A stretch of DNA of 63,746 nucleotides, the filler included, from Craspedostauros australis (Eukaryota), in NCBI GenBank assembly GCA_030167865.1. It is 9 parts of 9 records of this genome, joined end to end, with 100 filler letters (N's around TTAATTAATTAA, not from the genome) between each part and the next. Parts side by side here need not be neighbours in the genome. Positions count along the whole stretch, not along the records: positions 12,671 to 28,782 come from JALAGF010003396.1; positions 28,883 to 35,127 come from JALAGF010003397.1; 7 more parts are not named here. The stretch is one strand, 5' to 3'. This document shows, piece by piece, positions 25,101 through 34,380 of the stretch. Below the pieces are notes generated by a model. It worked only from the letters and a program-made list of their open reading frames with translations. It had not been told where the DNA came from and did not search any database. Every line of letters starts with the position of its first letter. Position 1 is the stretch's first letter. Made by a program: the position numbers and the translations under genes.

Positions 25101-25857
25101 GCATGCCCTGTCCGAATCACATGGCATCGTCGAGTCATATCAGCATGATGGGGTAATTTGTGACCGAACCCAGCTTCTCGAAAGAGAGGAGGCCACCATT
25201 CTGCAATCGAGGAATGATCACAACGACGAATCCAAGCTTTTGGATCAAACCATCTCTCTCATGGAAAACATGATCGGCCTTGTGCATTGTGAGAAGGGCG
25301 ATGACTCCATCAACTCGAGAGAGGCTTCCGTCCTCGACCAACTCGAAGTGCTCTCCGACTTGCTCAACGAGACGGACCAACAAACGAGCCTCGACCGGAT
25401 ATCCAACATCCTCAAGGGCCCATCCATACTGGAGAGGCAGCAACGACAGAAGGAGGAAGAGCGACGCATCGTTGTTTCTACGACCACGTCTTCGGTGAAG
25501 ACGGGAGGTCAGTTGGCACCCGCGCCCGAACTTGACGAATCACAGGCAACGTCAACAGACCATGCCAACTCCACAGCCGGGAGCATCCACGTTTGGGAGG
25601 AACTGGTGAACGAACTGCGCGGCAAGATTGCGTTCTTGGAGTACGACAGGGCGGAAGTTGTCAGAGTCACGAAGGATATCATGGAGCAGGAACTGGAAAC
25701 GCATCGTCTTAAGATTTGCGTCGTCACGGCGACGGCGCAAAGAGAAGCGAAAGAAGAGCTTTTGGCATTCCAGCGTCAGACCCAGCAAGTGCTGCAGAAC
25801 CTGTACGGATCCGTCTGCAGGAACTGCCAGGAGAAGCTGCGTTCCGGCGTTGTCTGA
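22183..25857 (+). CDS. Large coiled-coil protein of unknown function (~1224 aa)
   Basis: 3.7-kb uninterrupted ORF with several E/Q/K/L-rich heptad stretches (IQQLEAENSDFQRAIEQLNKQLEEKEQQLE; LRQKDGELELLNQQVAALRRQ); first ATG at 22183. Confidence 0.8.
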   Translation: MPLSVSAEEWDDSNDNNVSTGMSISISNKSKSSSRYSRNDATDSDSGGRDHQDHNFPLRTRATAAVGVDEAGSSSYENTGDSASNHSTSSTHSRDDQNFYKSILQSAMGPQSIKAYEYLFIDEFGGRKDSDDDNKDNNDDADTNEDDDNFTNLVSSVSSRAGALSSKCSAAPSSITMPTVLQQIGSPRRNMSALPSVVVQPSTGKKNKGVSKPNVMEGVEMLIKSQLSDDASIVSPLVSIDHAVEEELQKVLLTTSTEKFIESEPPTDLIDTDNPTPKQSNMNTTRESAALSFRESERVDSTTPGAPIATATATATKDPNVTPTNELNKESSPSLQRILFGNRQMLELDNNDSPGQSTDSTPLSLSVHGDAAGQRATAPAHEDAHPIDGEHEPPNHVDESPDRSRSAGSLSFSFSRVSSDAELERFLDEQLEQREYSGAQIPDVTESDSTAKSWKSRLREVSARNSKLGADLSDLLGAGREHRMADKEQLQKEQDGHHGGDYVTISGGDARYRDEIDKQSQRIQQLEAENSDFQRAIEQLNKQLEEKEQQLERKDKGMVLQLRELEDLRKQREDDVRRWRWQSDIMGNQEFKSAMDDPPPTTPASDGAMIVSGEANPPFSTFALAMAKSGQEGDKLELELEQERRMALQVRVVELERELANARQVTAPINVTTSSANARVQWEDSTDGESLMRSKSLDYSQRSTSRLNDSTVFVELEISQAQVKETTELLKGTQRDLVQANKSMQKWKDKYTEASITIDDLERRMARKTASHAAELRQKDGELELLNQQVAALRRQQTKLATSPQHILHDGSLMLSRSASNDSPVLPFDEVEQDISNHPQMDQPSPASFSRNQLDIFTPRKQPVGFGNLGDISPIHPESNTPIDMSQMNPSFDVNSEDFDEYGDRISGVNRQEERRENESLNMDIDELMHDIRQMTMERSQLLEDINADEADSRPAALEANPGISVALVVNSEHALSESHGIVESYQHDGVICDRTQLLEREEATILQSRNDHNDESKLLDQTISLMENMIGLVHCEKGDDSINSREASVLDQLEVLSDLLNETDQQTSLDRISNILKGPSILERQQRQKEEERRIVVSTTTSSVKTGGQLAPAPELDESQATSTDHANSTAGSIHVWEELVNELRGKIAFLEYDRAEVVRVTKDIMEQELETHRLKICVVTATAQREAKEELLAFQRQTQQVLQNLYGSVCRNCQEKLRSGVV

Positions 25858-26407
25858 GGCTGCAACTGCGAAGAGTTGCACACGTCCCGCGCTCCCGCCG
25901 AGAATCATGTGCCGTGGTCTCTCCAGATCTTCGGGATTCATGGTGACTCCGTCTCAATCTCCGCGCACGCTGAAGAGCATCTGATTTTGCATGATCCCGT
26001 GGATTTCAACGACGATTTCGCACAGAAACGAAATCGAGATGGAAGCAAAATAGACACTCGCTCAAGAATCGAGGCATGGACATGCAGAGCACGACAGCAA
26101 TCTGGCTTGCTGTCACTCATATGATTTGTTTGGTACCACAAATTAAAAACATCGCCGTCTTCACCCACCCAAACAAACATCAGACGAATCATCGACAGCA
26201 TTGATATCCCTCACGGCAGCCTCGGGGCGTACCATCCAAACTCTCGCGGAACCAACCGGAGTAAGCAAAGCGAAGAGGAGCCTTGTGTCCTATTATATTA
26301 GTATGTACCATTAAAGTAAGTGCAGCAAAAGGATAACTACGAGAATCAACAGGCAGCGACAGCAATCAATCCCATTCCCTTCGGTTGCTTTGCTTTGGTT
26401 CGGGACG

Positions 26408-27787
26408 ATGAGCGTTCAGAGCTGTTTGGAAAACAGACCCACCATCGTGTATCCACGCCACGAGAATGCCCTGAGCGTGGAAAACACGGAAACAGAATCA
26501 GACTGGGAGACTCTGGTATCTAGCTTCTCCCACCATACTATCTTCGCTCTCGATGGCGTCCGCCTCATCCTTGCGAAGGTCCCGCGCTCATCATGGACAT
26601 GCGTTGATGACTGGCAAAAGGCAGAAGAGGAGATGTGGAAGGCCGGCACAAACAACAGTCTAGAATTCTGTAGCTTGGAACGATGGGTTGCATTCGATAC
26701 AAACAGCTACCTTCCGGACAACTTTGCCTTCTTGGTGTGGACGAACGAGATGTCCAAGCAATGGAGCACGTCCAAGCCCAAGGTCGGGAGAAGCACAAGG
26801 GTACTGTCGAGACTTTTGACCATGCTCTGGTCGGTGACGGCGGTCACTTCGGTCCGCTTCTTCCAGGACGAGTCGAACACTGCAGTTCCGAATGATGCTC
26901 TGCTGAAGGTGCTGAGAGCATTGCACGGGGTAAAACGGAAGGCAGGGACGATGCAGGTCGAGTTGCAAGGTTTCAACTTTCGCACTTTCACCGAATTGAC
27001 CTTCCTCAAAGCACTTCGCCGTGTGGCCCTGTACGACTGCAAGCTCGCCCGTGGCGATGGGAGCGATCGTGCCAGTACGAATATGCTTCCATCCTCAAGG
27101 CCGGCTGGAGAGGGGCCGGGCAACCAGGATGAACAAGATGAGCCTCCTCGCAGCGCGCAATCATCTCCGCCGCCAGCTACCGCCAGTACGGGACTCAGCG
27201 AACGAATCACCATCCATTATGAGGATAGCCCTTCGCTGGGAGGTTGGGGCTTGAGCACGATCCTGGTTGCCAATCAGCCCGCGCTGACACACTTGGAAGT
27301 TCGAAGTTTTGTGGGCAACCCGAGCTCTTGGCGACAGCTGATTGAGACTGTTCGATCTTGCCGCACGCTTCAGTACTTCCTGGTCAGCATCCAAGGACGT
27401 GGCATTGGCAGAGGTCTTCAGTTGGATGCATTGCAGGTTCTGTTGACCGGTCGCACGTGGCAAGATGATCCAACAGATGTTCTCTGCGACCATCGAAGCA
27501 CAGCCATCGGGGGTGAACTGACCGGTTCCAAGCATCTGGCCTCGTTGCGATCGCTCGAAATGATTGATCTACAAACAGCTGGTGGCCATGCCGAAAGCAA
27601 GGACGGTGGGTATGGCAGTGGCACGGGCAGCGCAAGCCGTATTGCGATGAAACGCAACTCGACCACCATCGTAGCGGGCCTCATTGGCGCCCATGCAGAA
27701 CTTTGCCGTCTCAATCTGCACACCTCATGGCTAGACAGAGCTCTGTACGTGAAACTCATCGCTCCAATCCTCGACAGCCGCAAATGA
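26408..27787 (+). CDS. Hypothetical protein (~459 aa), possibly degenerate LRR/RNI-like
   Basis: Long ORF with LxxLxL-like segments (LTHLEVRS, LQYFLVS, LRSLEMIDL, LCRLNLH); family not recognised. Confidence 0.55.
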   Translation: MSVQSCLENRPTIVYPRHENALSVENTETESDWETLVSSFSHHTIFALDGVRLILAKVPRSSWTCVDDWQKAEEEMWKAGTNNSLEFCSLERWVAFDTNSYLPDNFAFLVWTNEMSKQWSTSKPKVGRSTRVLSRLLTMLWSVTAVTSVRFFQDESNTAVPNDALLKVLRALHGVKRKAGTMQVELQGFNFRTFTELTFLKALRRVALYDCKLARGDGSDRASTNMLPSSRPAGEGPGNQDEQDEPPRSAQSSPPPATASTGLSERITIHYEDSPSLGGWGLSTILVANQPALTHLEVRSFVGNPSSWRQLIETVRSCRTLQYFLVSIQGRGIGRGLQLDALQVLLTGRTWQDDPTDVLCDHRSTAIGGELTGSKHLASLRSLEMIDLQTAGGHAESKDGGYGSGTGSASRIAMKRNSTTIVAGLIGAHAELCRLNLHTSWLDRALYVKLIAPILDSRK

Positions 27788-28245
27788 AGCTCCGCCGCAC
27801 CCAAAGAGAGGCGGCGCCAAATCTGCGAACCTGCTTTGAAGGATGATGAACTAGTAAAGTATTGCGCTACTCTATTCTCCATTCTGTTTAGATGTGCTTT
27901 GCATGGAGCACATATTACATGACGGACAGCGCATGTAATGGAGCCGGAGCTGCACAGTCTTTGAAGAGTGCATCAAAATTTGTTTTCATGTTACTGAGTG
28001 CTGTTATGTACTATAGGAACTTCGGCATGCGTCTGCTATCACGATTGGACGTGCGTTGGTTGGCATCCCTCTCCGTTTCTCCCTTGCTCTCTCTCCCTCT
28101 CGTCAGAAGGATGTGGGGAAACCGGACATTGTACATGAACAGACGTTTTGATTCACGCGCAGGGAAAATGATCTGTCGTGAATTGGGTGGTGGGTGGATG
28201 TGTCTCGTCTCATTTTGCTTGGTGAGCATCGACAACGGCACTTCT

Positions 28246-28782
28246 CTAGAGAGCCAAGGCTGGAGCCTCCGGGCTGTGCGACGATCTCACCTCCCGAGGC
28301 GTCCACACGAAACCCATCTGCGACAGCTTCGAGATGCGCTCATCGTTCAGGTTCGACTTCTTGCCGGCGCGATGCAGCTTGTACTGACGGCGCTGGCACT
28401 TCACCCAGATCGCCAGCGACTGATTCTCACCGTACTTCGATGGGACGTTGCAGTGGCCGTACTGGCACTTGAAGCCGTTCAGCTGTCGGAACCTCTCCTC
28501 CCATGCGGCGCGGTGGGAGTCCCAGCAGAAGGTGAGATCCTCCAACATCTGCTGGCGTTCCGCAGTGAGGGTGGAATGGGTGCCCGCCACCTTGGCCTTG
28601 TACTGGCACCGTTGGCGTTTCACCCAGTGGGCGAGGGATGGGTTGGCCTTGTAATCGAGCGGGACGAGGCTGTGTCCGTGCTGCTGCACGAAGTGGAGGA
28701 GCTCCTTGTACTTGCCCATCCACTTCTGTGTGTTGGAGGCACCGAAGCGCTGTTCTTGTTGTGCGCTGCCATGGTTCTGGCT
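28246..28782 (-). CDS. HA-domain protein D, 5'-truncated at contig end
   Basis: Frame is open from the contig end: ...RFGASNTQKWMGKYKELLHFVQQHGHSLVP...LAHWVKRQR...FCWDSHRAAWEERFRQL..FKCQYGHCNVP...LAIWVKCQRRQY...MGFVW. Confidence 0.87.
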   Translation of the reverse strand, partial: SQNHGSAQQEQRFGASNTQKWMGKYKELLHFVQQHGHSLVPLDYKANPSLAHWVKRQRCQYKAKVAGTHSTLTAERQQMLEDLTFCWDSHRAAWEERFRQLNGFKCQYGHCNVPSKYGENQSLAIWVKCQRRQYKLHRAGKKSNLNDERISKLSQMGFVWTPREVRSSHSPEAPALAL

Positions 28783-29030
28783 NNNNNNNNNNNNNNNNNN
28801 NNNNNNNNNNNNNNNNNNNNNNNNNNTTAATTAATTAANNNNNNNNNNNNNNNNNNNNNNNNNNNNNNNNNNNNNNNNNNNNCTTCTTTCTAGCAGATCA
28901 ATCGCAACACTCCTTCTTGGCTTCACAGGTGCTGCCCTGTGTGACTCATAAATCCATCAACTCTTCAGGCTACAGACACACGAGCATCATCAGCCCACAA
29001 CGACAGCAGCATCAGCACCAACCATCTCCG

Positions 29031-29672
29031 ATGATCGCAGCAAACAATCCACCGACCGTCCCATTCGGCATCGTGTCGGCAATGGCCAACAATCGCGTCA
29101 TCGGCATCGATGGTGGCCTGCCCTGGAGCATCCCGCACGAGTATGCGATCTACACGAGACTGACCGCGAATAGCATCATGATCATGGGCCGCCGGACCTT
29201 CCTGGAATCCGAAAGCCAGGAACACATCGGACATGCCTCGCATTGCATCATTGTTTCCAGAACAATGAAGAAAGCTCCCGTATCCAAATTCCCCACCAAG
29301 CTGGAGGTTGCGGGATCATTGGAGGCTGCGTTGGAGCGTGCCAAAGAACTGGCAACACAGAAATTGAACGATAATACTGATGCGACCAGTATCGACGTTC
29401 CTCCCAAGTGCTGGGTCATTGGCGGGGAAGGACTCTACACGCAAGCAGTGCAAAATGAGGCAGTGACACATGTCTACCTCAGCATTGTGGACACGGAGGT
29501 TGATTTGACGTCGCCGTCACCAAAGACAGGCAAGCTTCCAGAAGCAGTCGCCAGGTTCCCTGACAAATCTGTTTGGGAGAAGTCCTTCAAAGAGATGTCC
29601 AACACGGTGTACCCTCCTGAGGATGGAGCGCCGGGATTCACGCATCACGTTTACACGCGCAGTTCCCCATGA
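29031..29672 (+). CDS. Stand-alone dihydrofolate reductase-like protein
   Basis: IVSAMANNRVIGIDGGLPW, IMGRRTF, WVIGGEGLY, VYLSIV and RFP motifs match the DHFR fold; stop follows with no thymidylate synthase domain. Confidence 0.85.
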   Translation: MIAANNPPTVPFGIVSAMANNRVIGIDGGLPWSIPHEYAIYTRLTANSIMIMGRRTFLESESQEHIGHASHCIIVSRTMKKAPVSKFPTKLEVAGSLEAALERAKELATQKLNDNTDATSIDVPPKCWVIGGEGLYTQAVQNEAVTHVYLSIVDTEVDLTSPSPKTGKLPEAVARFPDKSVWEKSFKEMSNTVYPPEDGAPGFTHHVYTRSSP

Positions 29673-30100
29673 TTTGGCAACATTGCTTACCTACGAGTGA
29701 CTTGCTTTGGCATCACAAGGAAGCCTCGGCATGGCTACGAAGAGAGAAGAAGGTATAGTAGCAAAGAGGCAGTAAGATAAGGTTCTCAGTTAGAGTAGAC
29801 TACGAGTAGTCGTACGAGTAGTCGTACGAGTATCGTGAAGAATGCCTCCAAATCTCCGTCTGTCTGTCCATCGCTTGTCTTTCATTCGTCTTTCGTTGTG
29901 TTTTGCAAACAGCGAAGTTTGCAGAACGAAGAGGACGCGACTGGGTTTCTCCCTCCGACACACAAACAACAACCACAACCCAGGAATCACTTCGCACAAC
30001 CGTGTCAGAGTCAACACATTCCAGACACAAACACGCTGCACAAACACGCTGCACAACAAAGAGCTGAGAGGCCAGTCAATACAGCACTTCAGATGAAACC

Positions 30101-32416
30101 ATGAGCTGGAATGGGTCCATGCAGAACTTGAGGCTTGGCACAGAAGACAGTCAGGACAGTGACACCGCTATTGCTGCTATTGCTTCTGCTGCTTCTGCTT
30201 CTGATGGTGACGGAGATGACAGCCAAGTTGGCGCGAACTCCCAAGCGGCTCTCAGTTCCATAGCCTCCAACGAAGGTCGCCTTTCGTTGTCACAAGATGG
30301 GCAGCAACCAATCAATGCAGCTGTTGCAACAACAGCAACATCACCTGATGATGATGATGATTCTCGATGGCACAGACATGAAGGCAAGCGCAAACCAGCA
30401 GAAGATTCAAGCAACATCACCACACCTGAATCGGACGATATTGATGATGACGATGACGATGATCAGGAAGACATGGAAGAGTACCTGCTGGGGACGCTCA
30501 TCGTGCGCGTGGTCGCTGCACGTGGTCTGGAGGTGAGAGGCATACCGTAATCTTGTTTGCAGCAAACAGAGAGGACTCCAGAGCTTCGCTTGTTACCTCC
30601 CAATGGATGCGTTTGCACAATGGCATTCCGCTGGCCCCGTTCTCACAACTGCTCGCTTCGATCACGATGTATTATACTTGCAATCCCGTTGTCTTCATCA
30701 CCATGGCATACATTCACACGCACGCAGAATCCGAAGAACAATGAAGCACCAAGGGGGTTGTTCGGTGTTGCCAGTCGATTCGGGGGCAATTCCAACCAAA
30801 ATGCAATCAACCCGTACGCCAGCGTGAAGTTTGGCAATTCAACACAAAGGACTTCCATGGTCTTCAACTCCACAGACCCCACGTGGCCAAGGCATGAGTC
30901 TATGTTCTTGGATGTATCGCTCCCGGCCAACCACCTCATGCACAATCCGCCGAAGGACATCACAACAGAAATGACGACGACAACGACAACAGTAACGACA
31001 ACAATGGCGACATCGGACAGCATGGCAACCCTTGACAGCAGCAGGAGCGGATCGCAGTACGAGTACAAGAAACCGAACTCCGTGTTGACGGTGGCGATCT
31101 TCACTGGCTCGGTCGACGGCGAAACGAAAACGAACAAGGAGGATAAGATGGGCTGGTCCAAACAGTCGGCGTCCGGCGATTCCGACGACACCTTCCTGGG
31201 AATGGCATCGATCGACGTCGTGCATTTGCTCACCGGCGTCAGCGCCACCATCGACAGCTGGGTATCGTTGACTGGGGTGGCATCGAATCGCGCCCGTGTG
31301 CGGATCACCTGTGAATACGAAAGCAATGAAGCGAATCTGCGGCGAGGGGATCTGTGCCGTTTCACGCAGTTCTGCCGTCCCGACGACTTGTTCCCCCTCG
31401 TGCCCCACCAGCAGTACCAGGTATCCGAAGTCATGGCCGACCACGTCCAGCTCTCCTACAAAACGCCGGAGGGATGGATCTGCTCGTTCCAGACACACAG
31501 GCACATGCTGGTGTGTGAAGTGCAGGCCTCAAGCGCTGCCGAGATCTGCCAAGAAGAGCTCTCATCCATCCAGGAACGGCTCTCAAACTCCATCGTCGCG
31601 AGCAGTCTCACGGAGACGATCGATCGTGTTCCCGTCGATGGTTTACTGTCCATCAGCAGCGAAGTGGTCCAAGGCAGTCTGTCCATCTTCGAACGCTGGT
31701 TCAATGGAGGAATTGACACGGCGGTGAGCGACATTGTGCACGCCACGAATTGGGACGGAAGGAACAATCCATCGGCATCATTCTCGTTGGACATACCGAC
31801 GCACGACTCTCCCCACAGCAATTCTGGCAGCAGCAACAACACCACCACCAACAACAACAACAGCAGCAGCAGCAGCACTGGTCAGCAGCACTCTCAGGCC
31901 ATCCAGGAAGTCCAGGAAGAAGTCAGCACGTTGCTCGATCTGCAATCCACCATGGCATTGGATTTGGATGGGAATGATCGCACGGAGGCGCTGCCTGGCA
32001 TGCCACCATGCCCAATCACTGGAGAACCGATGGTAGAACCAGTCGTTGCACCGGATGGTGAGTCTTGTGCAGATTGCGGTTGTGCGAACTTGTACTGAGA
32101 CCTTGTACTGCAACCTTGCACTGCGGATGACAGCAATACTCACCAACCCCTTCATTCTGCCATTCTCCATGTCTTCAATCTCTTCCATTCCATTCTGCAC
32201 CCAAACCAAACCACGCGTATAACTGCAGGTCATACGTACGAGGAAGTGGCAATCCGCCGATGGCTTGCCACAAGCGACAAGAGCCCGCTGACTGGATCCG
32301 TGCTCGCACATAAAAACTTGGTGCCGAACTATGGTCTCATTTCCAGCGTCGAATCATCAATACGCCAGCAGGCAGATACTATTGATGGGGACGGTAGCAG
32401 GAACGACGTGCAATAG
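30101..32416 (+). CDS. C2-domain / U-box protein (putative E3 ubiquitin ligase), 3 exons: 30101-30532, 30728-32057, 32229-32416
   Basis: C2 motifs GTLIVRVVAARGLE, NPYASVKFG, DPTW, DTFLGMASI. Splicing the GT..AG introns restores the U-box [29 protein letters not shown]...SPLTG...LVPNYGL in frame. Confidence 0.88.
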
Positions 32417-32663
32417 CCCTCATGCCTACTGTCATCCTATGTACTATGCACTCTTACGACACGACCTGTTGGAGATTGCAATGAATTAGAATAAGACCAT
32501 TGATGGATGTGTTATTACGCATGATGGTTGTAATACGTAGAGTACACTCCCTTGCTTCTGCAGCCTGTGTCATGCCACTGTGCGACTGATCAGCATCACT
32601 CCACCATCTTACGGATGCTACCCACACGCGAAATGTGATGTTCACGGTGTGTGTCATTGTCCT

Positions 32664-34380
32664 TCATTTGTCGCCAACCCGTGGAACCTTCAATGCGGAA
32701 TACGGTAGCTTGGCATCCTTCGATATCGTTTCGGGATAAATCCTGGACTGCAACACGAACATGAACATATCGAATGTCGTAGATGTCTCCCAATCAAACA
32801 ATTCCTTGTTGGCAATCACCTTCTCGAGCTTGACGGCGTACCCAACACTGTTGGTGATGACCTTGTCAATATCTCGCAAGAATCGTTGCTCAGTGGAGAT
32901 GTCGGCAAAGTACGAGACCTCATCCCAATCAATGAAATCGGCCTGCGCTTGATACTGTTTTGGCCGTGTGAATATGGGCACAGTGTCACTGAGCACGATG
33001 TCTATCAGTCGTTGCGATCCCGCAGTATCACCCAAGACCTGGAAGGAGTATCGGGCTTCCGCCAACGCCGGGCATTGCTTGCCTCTGCCGCAAATGCTCA
33101 TGTCATAAGCCGACGATGAGGATGCGGCAAGGTTGCCGCTGCTGGTATCTTCGCCCGATGGCTGCCCCATCCACTTGCACAGATTGCGCCGATCGAGGAA
33201 TCTTCGTTTCTCCGGATGCAGACTTGCGATCATTGCAAAATCATGCAACTTCTCTTCAGTCGGTTGACATCGGCTACCGAACTTGTGATCAGGGAAATTC
33301 TCCCGATTGCGGTGATTGTCCTTGCGTCCGTCGAAACCGATCATATTCACCCTAGAAAACAGATTCTTCCATGGCATGGCAAATCGGTACATCCAAGGCA
33401 GACGCTTCCAGTAGTAATTGTAGGAATTGACCATGATGTGATCCTTGCCGCCTGATTTTTGGAAGTACGGCGATTCGGAGAGCTGGTTCATGGTGTACTG
33501 CATGAGGCGGCCGCCACAGTGACCCTTGACGCAAAGTTCTTCCGGCTGGATGCCCCAGCGGGAATAGAAGTTGACCAGTGTGGGGACGACGAAGATCTTG
33601 GCCTCGTTGGGATCCTTGGTGCGTTGAGGATGGTTGTAAGCAGCCAAGAGGAACCAGAAATCTGTGCAGAGCTTGAACTGCATGATGGTGCCAAGATCCT
33701 TGAGGGATGTGGGGTCATTGATCAGACTCAGCATGGATTTGCCCTGGTAACTTCCATGTTGCAGCCAGTCCCAATCTTCGTAAATGTAGAAAGGGACGGA
33801 GAGCATCGCTTTGGCAGGATCGAGGGGTTTGGGTACCGGCTTTAGATCCATCCGGATGTTCGTGCTCTACAAGCATTGAGCAGTCGAGAACAAGTGTATG
33901 CGTGAAGTATAATATAATAGATGAGCATAGCAACGGTGAGGGGAAGTGTTGAGGATATCTGGGTCGGTGTCAGTGTTGGAGCATGTATGGCAGAGTAGGA
34001 TAGAGTCGAGGTCTCAACTTCACTCTCCTCTGCAAGCATCACGCTATCTCACTCACCGCTGGTGTGAAATTGGGCGTCCCCAAGACGCTGTCGGTGCAGA
34101 TGGAGTACACATCTGTGAATTCTGCCACGATCAGCATCATCATGCAAATGAAGAGCAAGCAGTAGCCACAGACGCGTTTTCGGTTGCGTTGTAGGAACGC
34201 AAGGAGGCGTGCCAGCACAACAAAGATGGCACTCTTCATTGATGTCGTTGTCGGTGATGGAGTGCTGCCATCATCGTCTCCCGACAGCTGAAGGAAAGGC
34301 TTGGTTTCAGCCGCATTGCGTTGTCGAATGCTCATGTCGACCGATGGGGATGGATTCGATGAGGTGGAACGGAACTGCAT
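32664..34380 (-). CDS. Exostosin-like glycosyltransferase (GT47), 2 exons: 34380-34057 and 33866-32664
   Basis: N-terminal TM segment (CLLFICMMMLIVAEF); phase-0 GTGAGT..TAG intron; RTKDPNEAKIFVVP, SPYFQKSGGKDHIMV and GDTAGSQRLIDIVLSDTVPI motifs typical of GT47. Confidence 0.8.

Noticed and set aside
27892..28830. 312-aa + strand ORF (likewise 3256..4131, 16897..17772, 7928..8398, 39409..40374, 61580..62536)
   Set aside because: Antisense shadows of the HA, GMC or SIT genes, which are well supported on the opposite strand.
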